Source of the DNA: Candidatus Firestoneibacteriota bacterium
GTDB taxonomy: Bacteria; Oederibacteriota; D2-FULL-39-29; CAIOVX01
Direction of reading: 5' to 3'
Assembly (NCBI GenBank): GCA_903915125.1
Contig: CAIWRR010000064.1
Span: 1 to 41,495 of the forward strand
Length of the DNA: 41,495 nt
In this document: positions 34,195 through 41,495 of the stretch, piece after piece
Position numbering within the stretch: the stretch's first letter is position 1
Layout: each line of letters begins with the position of its first letter
Position numbers and translations under genes: made by a program
The notes under the pieces: model-generated
What the model saw: only the letters and a program-made list of their open reading frames with translations
The model's database searches: none
Told to the model about the DNA's origin: nothing

Positions 34195-37053
34195 ATGAGT
34201 AATATGTTTCAGAAAGAAGCAGAACGAATACTCTCTCTTGAAACGAAGAGCCGGGTGAATACTCTCGGCGGCTACGGGCCTTCAGGAGAAGTAATCTACG
34301 AGAAACACCCGTTTGGGTGTCCTTCAACGCTTATGACAAGCCGCGACAACGGCAAAGCTGTCTTCATGACAAATGGTTCCGTCTCCTTTGAGGTAAAGAC
34401 AAAAGAAGGAATGGATATTACGGTTCTTGCAGGAAGCTTCGATGCGAATGAAAAACATGAGACAAGCGCCCCCTCGGCCAATATCTGGCTCTCTCTTGAT
34501 GCCGGGAAAAAACAACGCTTAACCTCCTTAATAAACGCCGGATGTAACCTTAACTGCGTTCCTGTGTCTATGAAAATAGTCAAAATAGGCGATCCCGGAA
34601 GGGCTATGTGGTATGTCTATGAATTTAAGACTGAAACAGGCGATCATTTTAGCACAGCAGTAAAACATTCTTTTATCGCCTCAAAACAAGGCCCGGCGCT
34701 TATTCGACAAGCCTATATAAAAAATCTGGGAAAAAAACGGCTTAAGGGGAATCTTTGGGCCTATTTTAACCTTCAAGGAACTCAGAAATTTGTCTACAAC
34801 AAGCCGCTCTGGTATGACACAGGGCTTGCCGTAAACCCGGAAGAGACGGTTGTTTCATGCCGTGTTCCCTATACTGAAATACTGCAGTTGAAAAGAGTTT
34901 CCGGAATAACCGCTGGCGGTGTAACTATAAAAGAAGCCACCTGTGATTACACCGGATTTATAGGCGATACAGCTGCAGCCGCGCTTTTCCCGCAGGCTGC
35001 GCTGAAAGGAAGCTTCTTAAACGTTAACGGCAGGAAATTAAACAGATTTTCTGTGCCGACTATTTCAGCGGTCAGGGCTTCTTTCGACCTGGAGCCGGGG
35101 AAATACGGTGTTCTTGAGCAGAGTTTGCAGTATATGACAGATCCGGGGATTATCGAGGATTTTAAGTCAGGTTCTTCCTGTAGTTATCCCGGATATAAGA
35201 ATGTTGAAAAGGCGTTTACGGCCGCCGCTAAAAAACTTCTTAAAGTCACACTCGACGCGGAACGGCTGCTAAATGAAAAGACACCTGCAGCTGCGGCGTC
35301 AAGGCCGGCTTTTGAAATAGAGTTTCCCGAATCAAATGTCGTTACGGAATATGCGAGATCAGTTTGGACCGGGGTGCAGGAACTTTATGAGAATTGCAGA
35401 GCGCACGGCTCTATGCTTGCCGACGGGATAGAACTTGGCACAAGGGACCGGGGTCAGGATATGTGGCCTAAAATGAAAGAAGACGCCGCGCGGGTCAGAG
35501 CCGACCTTATACACGCTCTGAGTTTCAGGTATGTGACTGTTAAAAGCGGGCATAAGTGGTCCGCGCCAATGACCAGGACAGAAAAACTGCACGGCATGTT
35601 CCCCCGGCAATTCCCGAGCAGGTGGTTTGACAGATCAAAATCAGTGCTAAATGATAACCGTCCTTACAATGACAGCGCTGTCTGGCTTTTAAATTCTCTC
35701 AGGAAATATATTGGCGAGACCGGAGATCTTGGAATTCTTGAAGAAAGAGTCAAGTGCGTGCGCCTTACAAACCCGGATCAGCCTGAACAATCAGGGATTG
35801 CAGGCCTGGAAGCTACTTTAAGCGTGGCAGAAACAGTCCTTGAGATATTTGAATGCTACGGGCGTCACGCCAAAGACTCTCCTTATGGCATGGTCCAAAT
35901 GATGTACGGCGACTGGTGCGACCCCGTTGATATGATAGGGACTTTGATACCAGGTGACGCTTCAACCAGGGGTAAAGGAAGAGGTGTAAGCGTCAGATTG
36001 AGCGCGCATGTTTTTAACAGCATGGTTGAGTTTATAGATTTATTCTGTGCCAAAAGTTATCGCTGTAAGATGTCTAATGAGTTGCAGCCGCGAATAGAAA
36101 GTCTCAAGAAGGCAGCCAGCGAACTTAGGAAGAACATTGTGAGATTTGGCTGGGAGAGCGGAGAACAAGGAGCTTTTCTTGACGCAATTCACGAGTTTGA
36201 GCAAGACGGGAAAACTCCGGATTACGCCGCGGGAGAGACAGGCTATACTATTGGTTCGCTAAAACGCGGGGAATTTGACGGAATAAAACGCCGCGAACTG
36301 CTGACTCAGGCGCATTGCATTCCTCTGCTTTCGACGAAGAGGGAGTATTTGGATGGAATAAAGAACAGCGAAAGCATGCTGAAACAGTTGTTGCGCACCG
36401 TTGACGAGGTTTTATACGACAGAGAACTTGGGTTCAAACTCTTCAGCCCGCCAATCTCTAATGACGGGAATTCTCTTAAGCTGGTAGGCAGAATGGGGAT
36501 GATACCGGCAGGGACGGCGGAAAACGGGGAGTACCATCACGCCCAGCTTATGATGGATTTCTTCAGATTGGGTGTTCCGGGCGAGGCTGACACTGCCTGG
36601 TCGCAATTTAAGGCGGTAATATCTGCGACGAGGGATGAGTCTCTTGGCGGGCCTTTTGATATGCCGTCAACTTCCTACGCGTCTGATCCTGATGATCCGC
36701 ATTACGGCAAGGGAATGTATTTCGGGCTCTCAGGCTCCACGGACTGGATTATAGAATTTCTTCAGGAAGTAGCCGGGGTCAGGCTCTCCCTGCATGATTC
36801 CGAATGCCCGGCGATAGAAGTTACGCCGAAGCTTCCGGCGGAACTTAAAGGCAGGTTGGTTTTTAGAAGAATGATTCACAGGGCGGCCGGAACCGGGTTT
36901 GAAAGGATACCGTTAGAACTGAAAATTTCGAGCGCGAGCGGGTTAACTGAAAAAATTATGACTGTAAGGGTTAACGGGAAATCCTGTAAGAGGGCCGCTG
37001 TTGAATCGTTAAAAGGCGTCAAAGAGGTCAAAATAGATATACTTTACTGCTGA
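34195..37053 (+). CDS. Divergent GH94-like glycoside phosphorylase
   Basis: GTRDRGQD (cf. G.RD..QD), ND..VWL, GDWCD (cf. catalytic GDWND), ENGEYHHA (cf. ENG..Y.HA), LSGSTDW (cf. TGSA.W). Confidence 0.75.
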   Translation: MSNMFQKEAERILSLETKSRVNTLGGYGPSGEVIYEKHPFGCPSTLMTSRDNGKAVFMTNGSVSFEVKTKEGMDITVLAGSFDANEKHETSAPSANIWLSLDAGKKQRLTSLINAGCNLNCVPVSMKIVKIGDPGRAMWYVYEFKTETGDHFSTAVKHSFIASKQGPALIRQAYIKNLGKKRLKGNLWAYFNLQGTQKFVYNKPLWYDTGLAVNPEETVVSCRVPYTEILQLKRVSGITAGGVTIKEATCDYTGFIGDTAAAALFPQAALKGSFLNVNGRKLNRFSVPTISAVRASFDLEPGKYGVLEQSLQYMTDPGIIEDFKSGSSCSYPGYKNVEKAFTAAAKKLLKVTLDAERLLNEKTPAAAASRPAFEIEFPESNVVTEYARSVWTGVQELYENCRAHGSMLADGIELGTRDRGQDMWPKMKEDAARVRADLIHALSFRYVTVKSGHKWSAPMTRTEKLHGMFPRQFPSRWFDRSKSVLNDNRPYNDSAVWLLNSLRKYIGETGDLGILEERVKCVRLTNPDQPEQSGIAGLEATLSVAETVLEIFECYGRHAKDSPYGMVQMMYGDWCDPVDMIGTLIPGDASTRGKGRGVSVRLSAHVFNSMVEFIDLFCAKSYRCKMSNELQPRIESLKKAASELRKNIVRFGWESGEQGAFLDAIHEFEQDGKTPDYAAGETGYTIGSLKRGEFDGIKRRELLTQAHCIPLLSTKREYLDGIKNSESMLKQLLRTVDEVLYDRELGFKLFSPPISNDGNSLKLVGRMGMIPAGTAENGEYHHAQLMMDFFRLGVPGEADTAWSQFKAVISATRDESLGGPFDMPSTSYASDPDDPHYGKGMYFGLSGSTDWIIEFLQEVAGVRLSLHDSECPAIEVTPKLPAELKGRLVFRRMIHRAAGTGFERIPLELKISSASGLTEKIMTVRVNGKSCKRAAVESLKGVKEVKIDILYC

Positions 37054-37088
37054 TAAGCTGAGAGCTGGAAAGAAGCCCTAATATGAAA

Positions 37089-37117
37089 TTGCTAAAAGAG
37101 CTGGAAATTGCTATAAT
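37089..37117 (+). promoter_or_regulatory. Sigma70 promoter of tRNA-Arg
   Basis: TTGCTA-17 nt-TATAAT with TG extension, 8 nt before the tRNA. Confidence 0.75.
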
Positions 37118-37125
37118 TCAACACC

Positions 37126-37199
<74 letters not shown>

Positions 37200-37215
37200 T
37201 AACAATAAATTCGAA

Positions 37216-37272
37216 GTCCGCCTGCAGTTCCTGCAGGCGAGATCTCGCCTATTTGCAAGCAAATAGGCGGAC
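37216..37272. repeat. 57-bp nested palindrome (double hairpin with terminal inverted repeats) within 7-bp degenerate repeats
   Basis: Ends GTCCGCCT/AGGCGGAC; hairpins CGCCTGCAG-TTC-CTGCAGGCG and CGCCTATTTGC-AA-GCAAATAGGCG; central perfect palindrome AGGCGAGATCTCGCCT. Confidence 0.85.
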
Positions 37273-37325
37273 AACGAAGTTCGAAATTAGAAACTGAGAA
37301 ACTGTGTTTGCTTTGAGGAGTGCGT

Positions 37326-37760
37326 ATGAAGAAGACTATTCTGGCTATCCTGATGTTCCTGTCGGTCTCCGTGTTTGCCCAAACTGCCGATGAATATTTC
37401 AAGAAAGGCATTGAGGCGGCGCACCACGGTCATATTGACGGGGCTATAGATAACCTGAAAAAAGCTCTAGAACTTTCCCCGGGTCTTGCGGATTGTCATC
37501 TTAATCTCGGAGTCCTTTACGCAAACAAAAAAGATTATGACAACGCTCTAACCGAGATACAGGCTTCAATAAACGCGAATCCTTCCAACTCAATGTCGCA
37601 CTATGTCATGGCCATGCTTTATGAGAAGAAGAAGGAGAGGCAAAAAGCAATTTCAGAATGGGAAGCTGTATTAAGGCTCAAACCCGCGGATGACCTTGCG
37701 GAAACTGCCGGAAAGCATATAAGGCATAACAAGGAACGCCTGAATGAGAAGGGCCAATAA
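37326..37760 (+). CDS. Exported tetratricopeptide-repeat protein
   Basis: Signal peptide and about 3 TPR units; ATG 37326 after GAGGAG. Confidence 0.88.
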   Translation: MKKTILAILMFLSVSVFAQTADEYFKKGIEAAHHGHIDGAIDNLKKALELSPGLADCHLNLGVLYANKKDYDNALTEIQASINANPSNSMSHYVMAMLYEKKKERQKAISEWEAVLRLKPADDLAETAGKHIRHNKERLNEKGQ

Positions 37761-38315
37761 ATGAAAAATATATTCATAATGCTTATTATAGCCCTCCTTT
37801 TCACGGGCTGCGCTGTCAGGTATTCCGTAAAAAAGGGATATGATTTCACAAAAATAAAACGCATAGCCGTCTGTGAGTTTTCAGGAAATTCCGTTTTTGC
37901 CAATTCCGGAGACATCGTTGCCGACGAATTTGTCATGCAGATGATAGATAAAGGCTACAATGTCATGGAGCGGAACAAAGTAAACCTGCTGATCAGGGAA
38001 AGGAATTTAGATTCATCAGATTACAGCAGACTCGGAAAACTTCTCGGCGTGGATGCAATTTTGACAGGTTCTGTTTCCAAATATTCGGAAGATGCCGGCC
38101 GCACTTTTTATTACACGGACTCAAGCGGCAATACAAGGACTGATGTCTCAATGTCGCGCGCTGTCGTAGGCGTTTCAGCGAGGCTTATCGACGTAAATAC
38201 CGGCGAGATTGTTTGGACCGCCAGAAATGACGACGAGGCTTTTGATGTCGCAAATGCCGTCACTTTTGTGGTTGCCGGACTGCTGGATTCATTCAAAACG
38301 ATAAAGCTGCAGTAA
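37761..38315 (+). CDS. CsgG/HfaB/LpoB-like lipoprotein
   Basis: Lipobox LFTGC; IAV..F, ER......E, LGKLLGVDAILTGSV, ARLIDV.TGEIVW. Confidence 0.8.
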   Translation: MKNIFIMLIIALLFTGCAVRYSVKKGYDFTKIKRIAVCEFSGNSVFANSGDIVADEFVMQMIDKGYNVMERNKVNLLIRERNLDSSDYSRLGKLLGVDAILTGSVSKYSEDAGRTFYYTDSSGNTRTDVSMSRAVVGVSARLIDVNTGEIVWTARNDDEAFDVANAVTFVVAGLLDSFKTIKLQ

Positions 38316-38329
38316 TTTTCCGGAGAACT

Positions 38330-38578
38330 ATGGGTATGATAAGCAAATACGGCTTTCAGTGGCTGCCGGGAGTAATGCTGACTATCCTTTCAATTAAGTT
38401 TCACCCGCCGGTTATAAGCATCGGTCATGGAACTGTCGGGACTCTTCTTGACAGTGCCGGTATGCTGATGGCTGCTCCGGTATTCCGCGGGCTTAGAAGT
38501 TCGTTTGAGACGATTAGCAAGGGTATGTTTGCGGACTGCTTCTTTGAAGATCAACGCGTTTGGACGGCGGGCAGGTGA
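38330..38578 (+). CDS. Possible small hypothetical protein (82 aa)
   Basis: Fills the gap, GGAG upstream, and its stop TGA overlaps the likely tadA start (GTGA). No recognisable motif. Confidence 0.4.
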   Translation: MGMISKYGFQWLPGVMLTILSIKFHPPVISIGHGTVGTLLDSAGMLMAAPVFRGLRSSFETISKGMFADCFFEDQRVWTAGR

Positions 38579-39027
38579 CACGCGACCTGTTTATGCTTGA
38601 AGCGCTTAAAGAAGCCCGCAAAGGGGCTGAGAAAGGAGAAGTGCCCGTAGGCGCCGTAATAGTCCTGGATGGAAAGATTATTGCCAGGGCTCACAGCCTT
38701 GTGCGCAAAAAAAAAGATCCCACCGCTCACGCAGAGATACTCGCAATCCGGAAAGCATCCGCCAGGAACCAATATGAGAGGTTAAATGGCGCTGAGATGT
38801 ACGTTACTCTGGAACCCTGCTCCATGTGCGCAGGCGCGATGGTGCTATCCAGGATAGAGAAGCTCTATTTTGGCGCGAGCGAGCCGAACACAGGCGCGGC
38901 GGGAACTGTATTTAATGTAGTTTCGGATCCTCATCATAATCACAGGATAAAGGCCTATAAAGGCGTGCTTGAAGCTGAAAGCAGCGAAATGTTAAAAGCA
39001 TTCTTTAAGGATAAAAGAAGAAAATGA
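38575..39027 (+). CDS. tadA: tRNA adenosine(34) deaminase
   Basis: FM.EAL.EA, GEVPVGAVIV, DPTAHAE, YVTLEPCSMCAGA, LKAFF..RR; GTG 38575 is the likely start. Confidence 0.93.
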   Translation: MTRDLFMLEALKEARKGAEKGEVPVGAVIVLDGKIIARAHSLVRKKKDPTAHAEILAIRKASARNQYERLNGAEMYVTLEPCSMCAGAMVLSRIEKLYFGASEPNTGAAGTVFNVVSDPHHNHRIKAYKGVLEAESSEMLKAFFKDKRRK

Positions 39028-41384
39028 AGGCGAAGCTGGTCTCATACGCCGGAGCGGCACTGCTGCTCATTACGCTTTCGCTTTATCTGCTAACCGCTTG
39101 TCCTACGATTTATGCAGGCGATACGGGGGAGCTGGTGTCCGCCGCCTATACGCTCGGTGTCCCCCATCCGCCCGGTTATCCGCTGTTTTGCCTCACCGGC
39201 AAAATGCTGACTTTTCTCCCTGCCGGGAATGTCGCTTTTAGAGTGAACCTGCTTGCCGTCCTAACGGCCGCCGGCGCAATCCTGATATTCTTCCTGCTTT
39301 CAAAAAAAGTCTATGATGTTAAGGGATGCTTTAACATATTACTGCTGCTTCTTCTCTGTTTAATCGCAGCTTCTTCAAGAGTATTCTGGAACCAGTCTGG
39401 TATGGCAAAAGGCGCGCTCTATACCATGACAGCCTTCCTGCTTCTATCTTCTGTTCTTGCTCTGGAAACTTGGAGGAAAAACGGCCGTACTTGGCACTTC
39501 ATTGTTGCTGCCTTTCTGGCTGGTCTTTCTGTTGTAAGTCATCAGACGGCGCTGGTCTTTATTCCGGCATTTGTAACTTACTCGGTATTTACATCAATTC
39601 AAAAGAAAACACATTTCACTGTTTTTATCATGGGAACTGTTGCCTTCGCGGCCGGACTTTCCGTATTCTTTTACCTTATGCTAAGCGCGGCCCGCTACCC
39701 GCAAGTAAACTGCGGCAATCCTTCAACTTTTCAGGGAATGCTTCAGCATGTTCTGCGCTCGCAATACGGCGGACTTACAAAATACCCAAGGTCAATTTCT
39801 CTTTTTTTGCAGGAAGTAAAGGCTTGTTTCTTAATATTTACCGCGCAGTTCCCAATCTGGGTCCTGTTTATCCCATTTGCAGGCATGTTTGCCTCTTTTA
39901 GAAAGATGCTGCCACTGTTCCTGCTTTCCGCGGTTATCATAACAGCTCTTGTTTTCGGACTAATGGTGGGTACTGTCTATGACATAACCGCGGCAATGCT
40001 GGAGACCACTTCGGTCTTCATGATTCCCGCCTATTTCTTCCTGTGGTTATGGGCGTATCCGGGGACCGGGAAAATTATTGGCGGCAAGAACTCGCTTTTT
40101 CTGAAACTCTTGTTATTGCTCCTTACGGTTTCGGCGTTATTTTACAATGTTTATGTTAATGGCGGCTACGCTGATAAGAGTGCTAATTTCATGGCCGAGA
40201 GATACGCGGTTGATACGCTTCGATCCTGTCCCCCTGATTCCGTTATCTTTATGTCGGAAGACAGTCCGATGTATCAGTTGCTCTACGCGAAGACGGTTAA
40301 CAGAGCGAGACCGGATGTGAAAATAATAGATGAGACGGCCACAGCTTTCAGAACAGTCCTTACAGAAAGTGACAGCGGCGTAATTTTTAAGGGAGAAGTA
40401 TTAAAACGGGCATCTGAATATATGGAAGGCGCGCTTAAGAACGGAATGCCGGTGCTTTGCACTTCCGAAAGCTCGTTTCTTAACACCACAAAGTCTGGGA
40501 GAACCCCTTCCGGGCTGCTCTATTTGATAAAAGGCCCGAATATGCTTTCGGGGCCTAAAACAAATTATTGGGAAAACTGCCTGATTCCTGAGCCGCCTCT
40601 AAAAAGCGATGTCTTTAACAGGGATATGTACGCCCGTTATCATTTCATGAAGGCGGAAAGTCTCTTTGAATCCGGCAATAAAAAAGGTTTTATTGAGGAA
40701 ATGAAAAAAGCGGAAAGCATCTCTCAGGATATGGACTGGGTCCGTTCCGAAATGGCTATGATTTATGGAAACAGGGGTTTTAAGGCTGAAAGTCTGTCTG
40801 CCTATGAGTCTGCCGCGGCTCTTTTCAGGTATTCTACCGAAAGAAGGAATAACCTTGCTAACGCCTACCTCGCCGCAGGGCGGATAGCCGAGGCCATAAG
40901 GGAACTTGAAACCGCGTGCTCTTTAGACAAGAACCTCGCGGCGCCGCGTCATAATCTCGGCAATGCCTATTTCGCGGCAGGAAAGAGGGAAGAGGCGCGA
41001 GCCGCTTACGAAGAAGCCGCGCTGCTTGGTCAGACCGAAAGCCTTGACTCTCTGAATAACCTTGCCGGAGACCTTGAGAAAAAAGGGATGAAAGAGCAGG
41101 CCCTCCAGGAATATATCCATATTCTGTCCATTAATAAAGGCTATGTCTTTGCCTGGATAAACGCGGGAAACATATTTTACGGGCAGAACAAGCTTGAGGA
41201 CGCTATACGTTTCTACTCAAATGCGGCGGCAGTTAGGCCTGATTACCCGGAAGGATATTTTAACCTCGGTGTTGCTTACTACAAGAAAGGAGACCTTGTC
41301 TCGGCCAAGCAGTATTGGCAAAGGACCCTGCAGATAGCTCCTGCGCACGCAGGAGCGCTAAATGCGATTAAGCTTGTAAAGTAG
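39024..41384 (+). CDS. DUF2723 (TMEM260-like) membrane glycosyltransferase with C-terminal TPRs
   Basis: GDTGEL.SAA..LGVPHPPGYPLF, AFRVN, multiple TM segments, C-terminal TPR array; ATGA overlap with tadA. Confidence 0.85.
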   Translation: MKAKLVSYAGAALLLITLSLYLLTACPTIYAGDTGELVSAAYTLGVPHPPGYPLFCLTGKMLTFLPAGNVAFRVNLLAVLTAAGAILIFFLLSKKVYDVKGCFNILLLLLLCLIAASSRVFWNQSGMAKGALYTMTAFLLLSSVLALETWRKNGRTWHFIVAAFLAGLSVVSHQTALVFIPAFVTYSVFTSIQKKTHFTVFIMGTVAFAAGLSVFFYLMLSAARYPQVNCGNPSTFQGMLQHVLRSQYGGLTKYPRSISLFLQEVKACFLIFTAQFPIWVLFIPFAGMFASFRKMLPLFLLSAVIITALVFGLMVGTVYDITAAMLETTSVFMIPAYFFLWLWAYPGTGKIIGGKNSLFLKLLLLLLTVSALFYNVYVNGGYADKSANFMAERYAVDTLRSCPPDSVIFMSEDSPMYQLLYAKTVNRARPDVKIIDETATAFRTVLTESDSGVIFKGEVLKRASEYMEGALKNGMPVLCTSESSFLNTTKSGRTPSGLLYLIKGPNMLSGPKTNYWENCLIPEPPLKSDVFNRDMYARYHFMKAESLFESGNKKGFIEEMKKAESISQDMDWVRSEMAMIYGNRGFKAESLSAYESAAALFRYSTERRNNLANAYLAAGRIAEAIRELETACSLDKNLAAPRHNLGNAYFAAGKREEARAAYEEAALLGQTESLDSLNNLAGDLEKKGMKEQALQEYIHILSINKGYVFAWINAGNIFYGQNKLEDAIRFYSNAAAVRPDYPEGYFNLGVAYYKKGDLVSAKQYWQRTLQIAPAHAGALNAIKLVK

Positions 41385-41415
41385 ATGGGCGGATGCTCAG
41401 ATGCGCGGATGCGCA
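41384..41415 (+). repeat. 8-bp tandem repeat: GATGGGCG-GATGCTCA-GATGCGCG-GATGCGCA
   Basis: Four degenerate units beginning at the DUF2723 stop codon. Confidence 0.7.
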
Positions 41416-41495
41416 GTAACTTCAAAGACATCGACCAGAAACTGAAGATTGGATGCAATGGAGAACGAGAGTTTAGAACTACGGCTACCTTAGAG

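Overview
Mostly housekeeping chromosome of a probably anaerobic, diderm bacterium; a candidate-phylum origin is possible but is only an inference. Gene order: glyS; a small unknown protein; HAD hydrolase; GNAT; ComB-like phosphatase; EamA transporter; class II aldolase; ndk; a glutaredoxin / FTR-rubredoxin / unannotated 54-aa Cys-rich protein cluster; PPi-dependent PFK; DEAD-box helicase; a stand-alone nuoJKLMN operon with nuoL split by +1 at an A9 run; a coiled-coil membrane protein; yicC-gmk-rpoZ-UDG-priA (PriA lacks its ATPase motifs); HEAT protein; acyl-CoA synthetase; secreted GH74/BNR-like protein with an FlgD-Ig/T9SS-like tail; LiaF-like protein; znuACB; GAF-HD-GYP; hldD; SDR epimerase; divergent GH94-like phosphorylase; tRNA-Arg(ACG); TPR protein; CsgG-like lipoprotein; tadA; DUF2723-TPR. 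No CRISPR array, rRNA, integrase or transposase gene was seen. The most distinctive unexplained signal is non-coding. Five dispersed arrays of a 9-bp unit, (CGTTYDTAA)n-CGTAAA, all read in the direction of transcription; four sit just after a confirmed stop codon. Other short-period repeats and nested palindromes occur at further gene junctions. All calls come from reading motifs by eye; no database searches were run.
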